The position numbers were made by a program, and so were the translations under genes. The notes below the pieces were generated by a model. That model searched no databases and was not told the origin of the DNA. It saw only the letters and a list, made by a program, of their open reading frames with translations. Positions 52,693 through 61,929 of a stretch of DNA of 64,000 nucleotides are shown one piece after another; the first letter of the stretch is position 1; the number at the start of each line of letters is the position of its first letter. Source of the stretch: an uncultured Clostridia bacterium (lineage in GTDB: Bacteria > Bacillota > Clostridia > TANB77 > CAG-508); NCBI GenBank assembly GCA_944391865.1, contig CALXVD010000001.1:26500-90499 (forward strand). The letters run 5' to 3'.

Positions 52693-53897
52693 TGGGAATA
52701 ATGGAGATTTTAGAAATTGTAGCTATTTTTTTAATATTTGTAATTTTAGCATTGGTATTTGTATATTGGAATATGAATAGAAAAGCAAAAATTGGTTTAG
52801 GTGCAAATACAAAAAGTAATGAAACTAGAAGTAGCAATGTAGAACCAAAAGAGGTACAAAAGGTGTCTGAATATACCAAGCTGTCAGTATTTGATTTTAT
52901 GGAATTTGATGCAATAGAAGATAATATGATTGTGCAAAATAATGGAGCAAGATATTTAATGGTAATAGAATGCGAAGGAATTAATTACGATTTAATGTCA
53001 GAAGTGGAAAAATCATCAGTAGAAGCAGGTTTTGTACAGTTTTTAAATACACTAAGACATCCTATTCAAATATGCACACAAACAAGAACTATAAATATAG
53101 GAAGCAGTATAGAAAAATACAATCAAAAATTAGCAGAAACAAAATCTGAACTAGATAAAAAGCAATTACAATATAATAAATTAATACAAACTGGAACATA
53201 CAGCCAGGCTCAATTACAAAAAAATAAAATGGAATTAGCAAGGTTACAAAACCTTTATGAATATGGAGAAGATATTGTAAAAAATATTGAAAAAATGAGT
53301 TTAAACAAAAATGTTTTGAAAAAACATTATTACATAGTTATTCCATATTATACGTCTGAGTTAGGCGGACACATCACAGATGAAGAAGAAAAAAGGAATA
53401 TGGTTTTCTCAGAGCTATACACTAGAGCACAAGCTTTAATTAGATCTTTATTTGCTTGTAGTATGAAATGTAGAGTTATGAACTCAGATGAACTAGCAGA
53501 ACTTTTATATGTGGCATATAATCGTGATGAAGCAGAGGTTTATACAATAGAGAAGGCATTAAGTTCAGGATATTTAGAAAGATATTCTACAGCACCAGAT
53601 GTTTTAGAAAAGAAAATGAGGGCTTTGGATAAAGAGATAGAAAGAAAAGCAATAGAAAAAGCAAAAGAAACAGTTACAGAAGTAAAAAGCGAAAAAGAAA
53701 AGCTTATAGAAAGAAAACAGGCATCATTTGATGAACTTGTTGCTCAACTTGCAGAAAGTATTATTAAAGATAACGAAAAATATGTTGGAAAAGAAGTAGC
53801 AAAAGAAGCTATTAAGAAGATAAGAACAGAGAAAAAAGGAGGAGAAGAGAATGAGGAGAAACAAAAAACAAGAAGAACAAGAAAAACTAGCAAGTAA
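52692..53897 (+). CDS. T4SS-associated membrane / coiled-coil protein (N-terminal region reminiscent of VirB4 N-domains)
   Basis: N-terminal TM. IEDNMIVQNNGARYLMVIECEGINYDLMSEVEKSSVEAGFVQFLNTLRHPIQI. Long coiled-coil. No Walker motifs. Confidence 0.35.
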   Translation: MGIMEILEIVAIFLIFVILALVFVYWNMNRKAKIGLGANTKSNETRSSNVEPKEVQKVSEYTKLSVFDFMEFDAIEDNMIVQNNGARYLMVIECEGINYDLMSEVEKSSVEAGFVQFLNTLRHPIQICTQTRTINIGSSIEKYNQKLAETKSELDKKQLQYNKLIQTGTYSQAQLQKNKMELARLQNLYEYGEDIVKNIEKMSLNKNVLKKHYYIVIPYYTSELGGHITDEEEKRNMVFSELYTRAQALIRSLFACSMKCRVMNSDELAELLYVAYNRDEAEVYTIEKALSSGYLERYSTAPDVLEKKMRALDKEIERKAIEKAKETVTEVKSEKEKLIERKQASFDELVAQLAESIIKDNEKYVGKEVAKEAIKKIRTEKKGGEENEEKQKTRRTRKTSK

Positions 53898-55803
53898 TAT
53901 TAATCAAGAACCAGAGTTACAAATTTTAAGGAAAAAAACAATAAAAGAATTAATTGCACCATCTGGAATTGACGCCACAAATATTGACCATCTAGAAATT
54001 ATTTCTAATACAACAAGGTATGCAAGAAGCTTTTTTGTTTCTAGTTTGCCACGTTCTTGTACTTTTCCTGAATTATTTAGAGATATGTATTTATTCGGGG
54101 ATATTAATACAGCTATATATATAAAACCAATTCAAGAGTCTAAATCACAAAATGAACTAAATAGAATTATAAATCAATTAGAAACAGAAAGACTTGTGGC
54201 AGCAGATAGGGGAAACATAAATAGAGAAAGCATAATAGGTCAAAAAAGGGTGGAAGCAGAGGCATTAAGAGACCAAATAGCCTCTGGTTTTAATAAATTA
54301 TATGAGGCTTCAATAGTTGCAACCCTTTTTGCATATAATTTGCAAAGCTTAGATACATATACAAAGCTATTAGCAACAGAAATGTCTAAAAACCTAGTTG
54401 GTATAAAATCTGCATGGGCAATGCAAGAAGATGGTTTTAAATCTACTGTTCCACTAATGAACGATAAAATAAAAAGAGTACATACGTTTGATCGTAACTC
54501 TATGGCAACAGTTTTCCCATTTACAACATCAGAAGTTGGTCATTTAACAGGTATTCCTTTAGGTTTTAATAAGCAAACAGGTGTACCGGTTTTATTTGAT
54601 AATTTCCATGAAAGCCTAACAAACTATAACATGGTAATATTTGCTAAATCTGGTGCTGGAAAATCTGTTACAATGAAAACATTAATTTCTAGGTCAGCAG
54701 TACTTATGGGAATAGAGAGCTTAGCATTAGATGCAGAAGGAGAGTATTCTGTTGTGGCAGAAGCCCTAGGAGGAATAAATGTTGTTTTAGGACCAAGCTC
54801 TAAAACAATTATAAATTTATTTGATATAGAATTAGAAAACGTAAAAGACGAAATTACGGGAAGAGAAAGAACTGTTTTAAACGTAGAAAATAAAATAGAG
54901 GACGTAACGCAAGCGTTGCTTACCATGGCAAGAGGTAGCACAAGAAGCGAAGAAGTAAACGAGCTTACAAAACAAATTATAGCAGAGGCTGTTGCAGAAG
55001 AATATGCAAGAGTTGGAATAACAAATGACCCAAATAGCATATACGAAGCATCTAATGACCCATATAAAAGTGAAATTTTATTTAAAGCAAAAAAAGAAAT
55101 GCCAACAATAGGGTCATGGTATAAAACATTAATAAAAAAAGCAAAAGAAAATACAGATTCAAACTATCAATTCCATTATAGTTACTTACTAAAAGTTATG
55201 AAACAATATATTAGAGAATATAACGGACAAATGGCATATTTTGATGGACAATCTACATTTGAATTGTTGGACGATATACCATTTATTAACTTAGATATTT
55301 CTGGACTAGAGGAGAGGTTTGCAAGACCACTTGCACAGCAAATACTTCTTTCTTGGATATGGGAAAAATATGTTAAAAAGAACAGTGAAGATAGAAAAAA
55401 AGCAACTAAAAAAAGAGTTTTAGTTGACGAAGCATGGATGTTATTACCTTACCCAGAAGCAGTTGACTTTTTAAATACAATGGCAAGACGTGCAAGAAAA
55501 AGAAATGTATCACTTGCAATAGTTTCACAAAGATTTCAAGACTTTTATGAAAAACCAGAAGCTCAAGCAGTACTTACATCATCAGATACAAAACTATTTT
55601 TAGCACAAGATAAATCAGAAATAAATTACTTAAAAGAAGTATTCAAACTAAGCGAAGGAGAAGCAAGCTTTTTAGTTACATGCCTAAGAGGAGAAGGTCT
55701 GCTTAAAGTAGGTTCAGATACTGCAATTATACAAATTACACCAACGAAAAAAGAATTTGAATTTGTTGAAACAAACTTAAATAAATTAGTAGCAAATAAT
55801 TAG
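53851..55803 (+). CDS. VirB4-like T4SS ATPase
   Basis: IAPSGID...RYARSFFVSSLPR N-domain, Walker A AKSGAGKS, Walker B VLVDEAW, IVSQRFQDF. 650 aa. Confidence 0.8.
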   Translation: MRRNKKQEEQEKLASNINQEPELQILRKKTIKELIAPSGIDATNIDHLEIISNTTRYARSFFVSSLPRSCTFPELFRDMYLFGDINTAIYIKPIQESKSQNELNRIINQLETERLVAADRGNINRESIIGQKRVEAEALRDQIASGFNKLYEASIVATLFAYNLQSLDTYTKLLATEMSKNLVGIKSAWAMQEDGFKSTVPLMNDKIKRVHTFDRNSMATVFPFTTSEVGHLTGIPLGFNKQTGVPVLFDNFHESLTNYNMVIFAKSGAGKSVTMKTLISRSAVLMGIESLALDAEGEYSVVAEALGGINVVLGPSSKTIINLFDIELENVKDEITGRERTVLNVENKIEDVTQALLTMARGSTRSEEVNELTKQIIAEAVAEEYARVGITNDPNSIYEASNDPYKSEILFKAKKEMPTIGSWYKTLIKKAKENTDSNYQFHYSYLLKVMKQYIREYNGQMAYFDGQSTFELLDDIPFINLDISGLEERFARPLAQQILLSWIWEKYVKKNSEDRKKATKKRVLVDEAWMLLPYPEAVDFLNTMARRARKRNVSLAIVSQRFQDFYEKPEAQAVLTSSDTKLFLAQDKSEINYLKEVFKLSEGEASFLVTCLRGEGLLKVGSDTAIIQITPTKKEFEFVETNLNKLVANN

Positions 55804-55830
55804 TAACATTTCATGAGAGGGAATTATTAA

Positions 55831-58356
55831 ATGAAAAAAGCTATTACAAAAAGGATATTATTAATTTTTCTAGTTTTTAATTTAATTATGTGTTCAATAT
55901 TTCCAACAACTACACAAGCAGGTTTTTTTGATTGGGCAAATGTAGTTGGGGGCAAACTTTTTCAGCCTTTTTTTGAATTGCTTTGTGGAATAGGCGATTT
56001 AGGAATGAGTATGTTACAAAATTTTTTTATAGGGTATGGTGATATAACAGAAAGTACAATAGAGACTTCTAATGTATCAGTAGGAAAAGAAAGAAAATTC
56101 TATTATTCACCAGCGGTTATATTTTCAAATAGAGTTCCTGCTTTAGATGTTAACTTTATTAATCCAATGGATGATTATACATTAACTATAGAAAAAAATG
56201 ACAAAGAGCCTGAGAAAATAGCTGGTTCAGAAACGGTAAATTTTCTTCCTGGTCAAAAAGTAGATATGAATAAAGTAGAACAGAAAATTACAGATATGGT
56301 AGGAAAATACGGATATGATAAAGGAAAGAGAAAGGAATTATCTGCGGAAGCAAAAGCAGCCTTAGGAACAATATTTACAACAGGAGATCTTAGATCTGCC
56401 ACGGTATATACATGGACGTATGATGAAAACGGGGATGGAGAGCAAGAAAATTATTACATTATTCAAGAACTTAATCAAAACACAGCATCTAATAAGACAT
56501 ATATTTTAACGGCTTATAGAGAGAATACTCAATCTGTGTCAGGAGAAACTAAAGTATCGTCAGCAAAAATACTACAAAACACTGTGGCAACATGGTATAG
56601 AGTATTAAGAACAGTGGCATTAGTAGGATTATTATCTGTATTAGTATACATAGGAATTAGAATAATAATAAGCAGTACAGGTGAAGACAAAGCAAGATAC
56701 AAAAAGATGATAAACAATTGGGTGGCGGCGTTATGTTTGCTTTTTGTACTTCATTATATAATGGCAGGAGTGTTATGGATTACAGAAGAAATAACTAATG
56801 TATTTTCAGTGAATATATTAGATGAAAATGGTGTAGATGAATGGATGAGTGGCATTAGAAACCGAATAGGTGATGAAACTCCCGATGATTTTAGTGATGT
56901 ATTTGCAGATACAATTATATATTTAGCACTAGTATTTCTAACATTCTTATTTACATTTAAATATTTAAAAAGGTTATTGTATATGGCATTTTTTACAATG
57001 ATAGCACCACTAATTGCATTAACATATCCAATAGATAAAATAAAAGATGGACAAGCACAAGCATTTACAACATGGATAAGAGAGTATGTGTTTAATGCCT
57101 TAATACAAGTAATACATTTGATACTATATTTTATGCTAATAACTTCTGCTGTAGATTTAACGTCAGACACAAATCATTTGTTTAATTCAGTATATGCAAT
57201 AGTTGCTATTGGATTTATGATACCAGCAGAGAAGTTCTTTAAAAAGTTATTTGGATTTAACCAGGCAGAAACAGTTGGAGAATTAGGAGCAGCAGCAGGC
57301 GGAGCATTAGTAATGAATGCAATAAATAAAATGGGACAAAAAGCAGGAAAAGAAGCAGAAGCAAAAGAATCAAAACCACCAAAATTCTTTGGAAGTTCTC
57401 CAGCGGATAAAGTTTTAGGAAGTCCTGCACCTGTGCGTACAAATATAGGAGAAACGAGTCCAGAATCAGGTGAAGGTACAGGAGGTGGAAACCCAGCGCC
57501 AGGAGGTGGAAATTCAGTACCAGGTGGTGGAAACCCAGCGCCAGGAGGTGGAAATTCAGTACCAGGTGGTGGAAACCCAGCACAAGGAGGCGGAAATTCA
57601 GCATCAGGTGGCGGAAACCAAGCAGGAGAAGCAACAGGTGGAAACTCAGGAATGTGGGGCAATTTAGGAAGAACAGAGCTAAATAGGAAAAAATTGTTGA
57701 AAGAAGTTGTGCCATCTAAATTTAGGAAATTAAATGCTAAAAAAGGAGAAATTGCAAAGAAAGCTTTAAAGAAAAGTGCAGGAGTAGCATTAGGAGTAAC
57801 AGCAGGAATGGTAGGCTTAGGAGTAGGAGTAGCAACAGGAGACTTAAGCAATGTTGCAAAATACGCAGGAGCAGGAGCTGCAGCAGGATATTTAGGAGGT
57901 AGTGGGCTTGCAGGAAGTGCAATAAAGAAAGGAGAAAATATAAAAACAAGTTATAGAGAAGATTTCTATTCTCCAGAAGCAAAAGCAATATTAGATAATA
58001 CAGATGCATTATGGAAAAATCCAGATATAAGAGGACTATATGAAGGAAAGAGTAAAAAGAAATTACAAGAAGATGTAAATGAGTTTGTAACATTAGGAGT
58101 AACAGATAAAGAAAAAATAGCAGCAGCAATGAAATTAAAAATATCACACAATATCAATAATTCAACAGCAGCAAGAGTTGCGGCATTAGAGTCTGGTATT
58201 TCAGATTCTGCATATGGCAATGCCAAAAATAGGGCAGAATACCAAGAAAAAATAAAAGCATCTTTAGTAAGATATAGTCAAGATCCAACTCCAGACAAAA
58301 CAGCACAAACTATGATGACATATATTGATGAATTAAAGAGAAATTATAATAGTTAG
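55831..58356 (+). CDS. VirB6/TrbL-like polytopic T4SS membrane protein, paralog A, with Gly-rich repeat and C-terminal soluble domain
   Basis: Signal/TM, variable ectodomain, about 6 TMs (WYRVLRTVALVGLLSVLVYIGIRI..., TWIREYVFNALIQVIHLILYFMLITS), (PGGGNxxx)6. Confidence 0.55.
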   Translation: MKKAITKRILLIFLVFNLIMCSIFPTTTQAGFFDWANVVGGKLFQPFFELLCGIGDLGMSMLQNFFIGYGDITESTIETSNVSVGKERKFYYSPAVIFSNRVPALDVNFINPMDDYTLTIEKNDKEPEKIAGSETVNFLPGQKVDMNKVEQKITDMVGKYGYDKGKRKELSAEAKAALGTIFTTGDLRSATVYTWTYDENGDGEQENYYIIQELNQNTASNKTYILTAYRENTQSVSGETKVSSAKILQNTVATWYRVLRTVALVGLLSVLVYIGIRIIISSTGEDKARYKKMINNWVAALCLLFVLHYIMAGVLWITEEITNVFSVNILDENGVDEWMSGIRNRIGDETPDDFSDVFADTIIYLALVFLTFLFTFKYLKRLLYMAFFTMIAPLIALTYPIDKIKDGQAQAFTTWIREYVFNALIQVIHLILYFMLITSAVDLTSDTNHLFNSVYAIVAIGFMIPAEKFFKKLFGFNQAETVGELGAAAGGALVMNAINKMGQKAGKEAEAKESKPPKFFGSSPADKVLGSPAPVRTNIGETSPESGEGTGGGNPAPGGGNSVPGGGNPAPGGGNSVPGGGNPAQGGGNSASGGGNQAGEATGGNSGMWGNLGRTELNRKKLLKEVVPSKFRKLNAKKGEIAKKALKKSAGVALGVTAGMVGLGVGVATGDLSNVAKYAGAGAAAGYLGGSGLAGSAIKKGENIKTSYREDFYSPEAKAILDNTDALWKNPDIRGLYEGKSKKKLQEDVNEFVTLGVTDKEKIAAAMKLKISHNINNSTAARVAALESGISDSAYGNAKNRAEYQEKIKASLVRYSQDPTPDKTAQTMMTYIDELKRNYNS
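57481..57625 (+). repeat. 24-nt tandem repeat encoding (GGGN[PS][AV][PQS])n
   Basis: ggaggtggaaacccagcgccaggaggtggaaattcagtaccaggt... read directly. Source of antisense shadow ORFs. Confidence 0.9.
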
Positions 58357-58443
58357 AAATTTATTACCAAAAGATTACAATTTACATAAAAAGATGATAT
58401 AATATAATTATATTAGTTTATTCATTTAGAAAGGCATATTAAT

Positions 58444-60936
58444 ATGAATAAGTTTATTAATTCAAAAGTAAAAAAAATAATTTTAGTATTAATAATTGTG
58501 GTTTCCATTTTTACAACAGCAATTCCAGGTAATATAGTAATTGCTACAGATGAAATAGGAGGAGCATTATTTACGCCTATTTTTCAACTACTTTGTGGAA
58601 TAGCGGATTTGGGAATAAAAATGTTACAAGATGTCTTTTTGGGTTATGGAGATGTAAAAACACAGACAGATGCAGGGGGTGTTACTGCTGATGACTATGA
58701 AATAAGATATTCACCAGCTGCAATATTTTCAAACAGAATTCCGGGTTTAGATATTAATTTTCTTGATCCCATGGATAGTGTTCAGATAACTGGTCCAACA
58801 TCTATAGATGATTCTGAGAAATTAGGCTTTGACAAAACTAGCTATACGAGCGGTGGCCTTTTGGATCCTAAAGGGGATGAATTAGCACAAGTAAGAGAGG
58901 AGAAAGATGAAGAAGCACTAAGAGGAACAGGGGCATATGACTATGGATATAACCCTAAAACTGCAAGAACACCAACTGATGCAGAACTGAATGGGATATA
59001 TAAAGGACTTTTTATAATAGCGAACCAAGCTATCACTGGTACGAACAATATAATATGGGAAAATGAAGGAAATATATATCTTTTGCAGAGAATAGAAACT
59101 GTCACGGATGCGGGGGCTCAAAAGAATACTTCAATAGAATATACTTTATATAAAGGCGTAATTAATCAAAAAACAGGAGAAGAAAGAGAAAGTTCAGCAT
59201 CAATATTGCAAAACACAGTAGCAACATGGTATAGAGTACTAAGAACAGTATCATTAGTAGGTTTGCTATCAGTACTAGTATATATAGGAATTAGAATAAT
59301 AATAAGTAGCACAGGTGAAGATAAAGCAAAATATAAAAAAATGATAAATAATTGGGTAGTAGCAATATGTTTACTTTTTGTACTTCATTACATAATGGCA
59401 GGAGTATTATGGATTACAGGTGAATTAACAAAAGTGTTTTCTGTGGAAATCTTAGATTCTCAAGGAGTAGATATATTTATGACTAAAATCAGAAATAGCG
59501 TGGGAGGAGAAAACCCACAAGATTTTACTACCACTTTTGGATATACTATTATATATATAGCACTTGTAGTTTTAACATTTATATTTACATTCCAATATCT
59601 AAAAAGGTTATTATATATGGCATTTTTTACAATGATAGCACCACTAATTGCATTAACATATCCAATAGATAAAATAAAAGATGGACAAGCACAAGCATTT
59701 ACAACATGGATAAGAGAGTATGTGTTTAATGCCTTAATACAAGTAATACATTTGATACTATATTTTATGCTAATAACTTCTGCACAATCACTGGTAGAAG
59801 AGAACCCGTTATATGCAGTAGTAGCTATAGGATTTATGGTACCAGCAGAAAAATTCTTTAGAAAATTATTTGGATTTGATAAAGCAAACACAGTAGGACA
59901 ACTAGGAGCAGCAGCAGGAGGAGCATTAGTAATGAATGCAATAAACAAAATGGGGCAAAAAGCAGGAAAAGAAGCAGAAGCAAAAGAATCAAAACCACCA
60001 AAATTCTTTGGAAGCTCTCCATCAGATAGAGTTTTAGGAAGTCCAGCGCCAGGAGGAAGAAATTCAGCGCCAGGAGGCAGAAATTCAGCGCCAGGAGGTG
60101 GAAACCCAGCACAAGGAGGCGGAAATTCAGCACCAGGTGGTGGAAACCCAGCACAAGGAGGCGGAAATTCAGTACCAGGTGGCGGAAACCAAGCAGGAGA
60201 AGCAACAGGTGGAAACTCAGGAATGTGGGGCAATTTAGGAAGAACAGAGCTAAATAGGAAAAAATTGTTGAAAGAAGTTGTGCCATCTAAATTTAGGAAA
60301 TTAAATGCTAAAAAAGGAGAAATTGCAAAGAAAGCTTTAAAGAAAAGTGCAGGAGTAGCATTAGGAGTAACAGCAGGAATGGTAGGCTTAGGAGTAGGAG
60401 TAGCAACAGGAGACTTAAGCAATGTTGCAAAATACGCAGGAGCAGGAGCTGCAGCAGGATATTTAGGAGGTAGTGGGCTTGCAGGAAGTGCAATAAAGAA
60501 AGGAGAAAATATAAAAACAAGTTATAGAGAAGATTTCTATTCTCTAGAAGCAAAAGCAATATTAGATAATACAGATGCATTATGGAAAAATCCAGATATA
60601 AGAGGACTATATAAAGGAAAAAGTAAAAGCGACTTGCAAAATGATATAAATCAATTTGTGACTTTAGGAATAACGGATCCAGAAAAAATAGCAGCAGCAA
60701 TGAAAATAAGTGATCCAGGAATTGATCTATCTAATGAAGCAAAAGCAAGGGCTGCAGCATTAGAAACAGGTATTTCGGACTCTGCTTATGGTACAGAAAA
60801 AAATAGAACTGAATATAAACAAAAAATAAAAGCTTCACTAATAAGTGCTGGAAGATCTAATGAAGAAGCAGAACAAATTGCAGAAAAACAAATGAATTAT
60901 ATTTCACAGATAAAAGATAATTACCATAATTCTTAA
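58444..60936 (+). CDS. VirB6/TrbL-like polytopic T4SS membrane protein, paralog B
   Basis: Same architecture as 55831..58356. Blocks of identical or near-identical nucleotide sequence (e.g. 59601-59790 vs 56961-57150; 60170-60545 vs 57590-57965). Divergent ectodomain and C-terminus. Confidence 0.55.
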   Translation: MNKFINSKVKKIILVLIIVVSIFTTAIPGNIVIATDEIGGALFTPIFQLLCGIADLGIKMLQDVFLGYGDVKTQTDAGGVTADDYEIRYSPAAIFSNRIPGLDINFLDPMDSVQITGPTSIDDSEKLGFDKTSYTSGGLLDPKGDELAQVREEKDEEALRGTGAYDYGYNPKTARTPTDAELNGIYKGLFIIANQAITGTNNIIWENEGNIYLLQRIETVTDAGAQKNTSIEYTLYKGVINQKTGEERESSASILQNTVATWYRVLRTVSLVGLLSVLVYIGIRIIISSTGEDKAKYKKMINNWVVAICLLFVLHYIMAGVLWITGELTKVFSVEILDSQGVDIFMTKIRNSVGGENPQDFTTTFGYTIIYIALVVLTFIFTFQYLKRLLYMAFFTMIAPLIALTYPIDKIKDGQAQAFTTWIREYVFNALIQVIHLILYFMLITSAQSLVEENPLYAVVAIGFMVPAEKFFRKLFGFDKANTVGQLGAAAGGALVMNAINKMGQKAGKEAEAKESKPPKFFGSSPSDRVLGSPAPGGRNSAPGGRNSAPGGGNPAQGGGNSAPGGGNPAQGGGNSVPGGGNQAGEATGGNSGMWGNLGRTELNRKKLLKEVVPSKFRKLNAKKGEIAKKALKKSAGVALGVTAGMVGLGVGVATGDLSNVAKYAGAGAAAGYLGGSGLAGSAIKKGENIKTSYREDFYSLEAKAILDNTDALWKNPDIRGLYKGKSKSDLQNDINQFVTLGITDPEKIAAAMKISDPGIDLSNEAKARAAALETGISDSAYGTEKNRTEYKQKIKASLISAGRSNEEAEQIAEKQMNYISQIKDNYHNS
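60043..60195 (+). repeat. 24-nt tandem repeat encoding (GG[RG]N[SP]A[PQ])n
   Basis: ccaggaggaagaaattcagcgccaggaggcagaaattcagcg... read directly. Confidence 0.9.
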
Positions 60937-60954
60937 AAATAAGAAGGGAGAATT

Positions 60955-61908
60955 ATGAATAGATTTATAAGATGGTATAATCAAAACAGAAAGTTAATCT
61001 GGCAAATTATAATTTCAATATTGGTGGTAATAGGGTTAATACAAATTCTAAATTATTATTATAAAGTGCGTTCAGAAAATCAAAACAATAATACTAGTGG
61101 CAATAATGTTACTTTTATAAACAACAATGAATATATACCTGTTATTGGAGGAGATACTTTAGATGAGGAGTATAGTGAAGAAGTAATAAATCCACTTAAA
61201 AGTTTTTTGGAATTTTGTAATGATGGAAATATAGAAGAGGCTTATTCAATTTTAAGTAACGATTGCAAAGAACAAAGCTTTCCAACTATAGAACAATTTA
61301 AAGATGAATATATAGATACATATTTTAACACAAAGAAAACTTATTCAATGCAATCTTGGATGAATAATCCAAATTGTCATATTTACAGAGTATCTATTCA
61401 AGAGGATTACTTATCTTCTGGAAAAGTTTCAGAAATGGAGTTAGAAGAGTATTGTACAATTGTTAATGAAAATGGAGAATACAAATTAAATATAAACAGA
61501 TATATTGGAAAACAAGAAATTAATAAAAGTAATAAAACAAATGAATTAGAGATTACTGTAAATAATAAAGAAGTTTATATGGACTATGAGATATATAATT
61601 TGCAAATTAGAAATTATACACAAAACACAATAAAACTAGACAGTAGAGAGACTGGAAATAAAACATATGGAATTGACAACAATAATGTTAAATACTTGTC
61701 TTATATATATGAAAAAGTAGATAGTGACTTAAGTATAGGTGCTGGTCAAACAAAACAAATAGATATAAAGATAAAAAAGAATTATAGCCAAAACAATGTA
61801 ATTAATCAATTAGTATTTTCAGATATTATATTAAATGAAGAAGAATACAAAAATACACAAGAGAAGAGTGAATATATAAACCGTATGCAAATGTTTGTAG
61901 ATATATAA
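60955..61908 (+). CDS. Bitopic membrane protein, possible VirB8-like (NTF2-fold) T4SS component
   Basis: N-terminal TM. INPLKSFLEFCNDGNIEEAYSILSNDCKEQ resembles NTF2/SnoaL-like starts. Assigned by position in the cluster only. Confidence 0.3.
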   Translation: MNRFIRWYNQNRKLIWQIIISILVVIGLIQILNYYYKVRSENQNNNTSGNNVTFINNNEYIPVIGGDTLDEEYSEEVINPLKSFLEFCNDGNIEEAYSILSNDCKEQSFPTIEQFKDEYIDTYFNTKKTYSMQSWMNNPNCHIYRVSIQEDYLSSGKVSEMELEEYCTIVNENGEYKLNINRYIGKQEINKSNKTNELEITVNNKEVYMDYEIYNLQIRNYTQNTIKLDSRETGNKTYGIDNNNVKYLSYIYEKVDSDLSIGAGQTKQIDIKIKKNYSQNNVINQLVFSDIILNEEEYKNTQEKSEYINRMQMFVDI

Positions 61909-61929
61909 TTAGCATTATATGGAAAAGAG

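Noticed and set aside
57174-57851. Antisense ORFs 57174..57851, 57257..57715 and 57737..58147, and the equivalents 59460..60422, 59858..60286 and 60308..60700
   Set aside because: Low-complexity shadows of the Gly/Ala-rich repeats and TM-rich regions of the VirB6-like genes. No RBS, and the sense strand has clear protein features.
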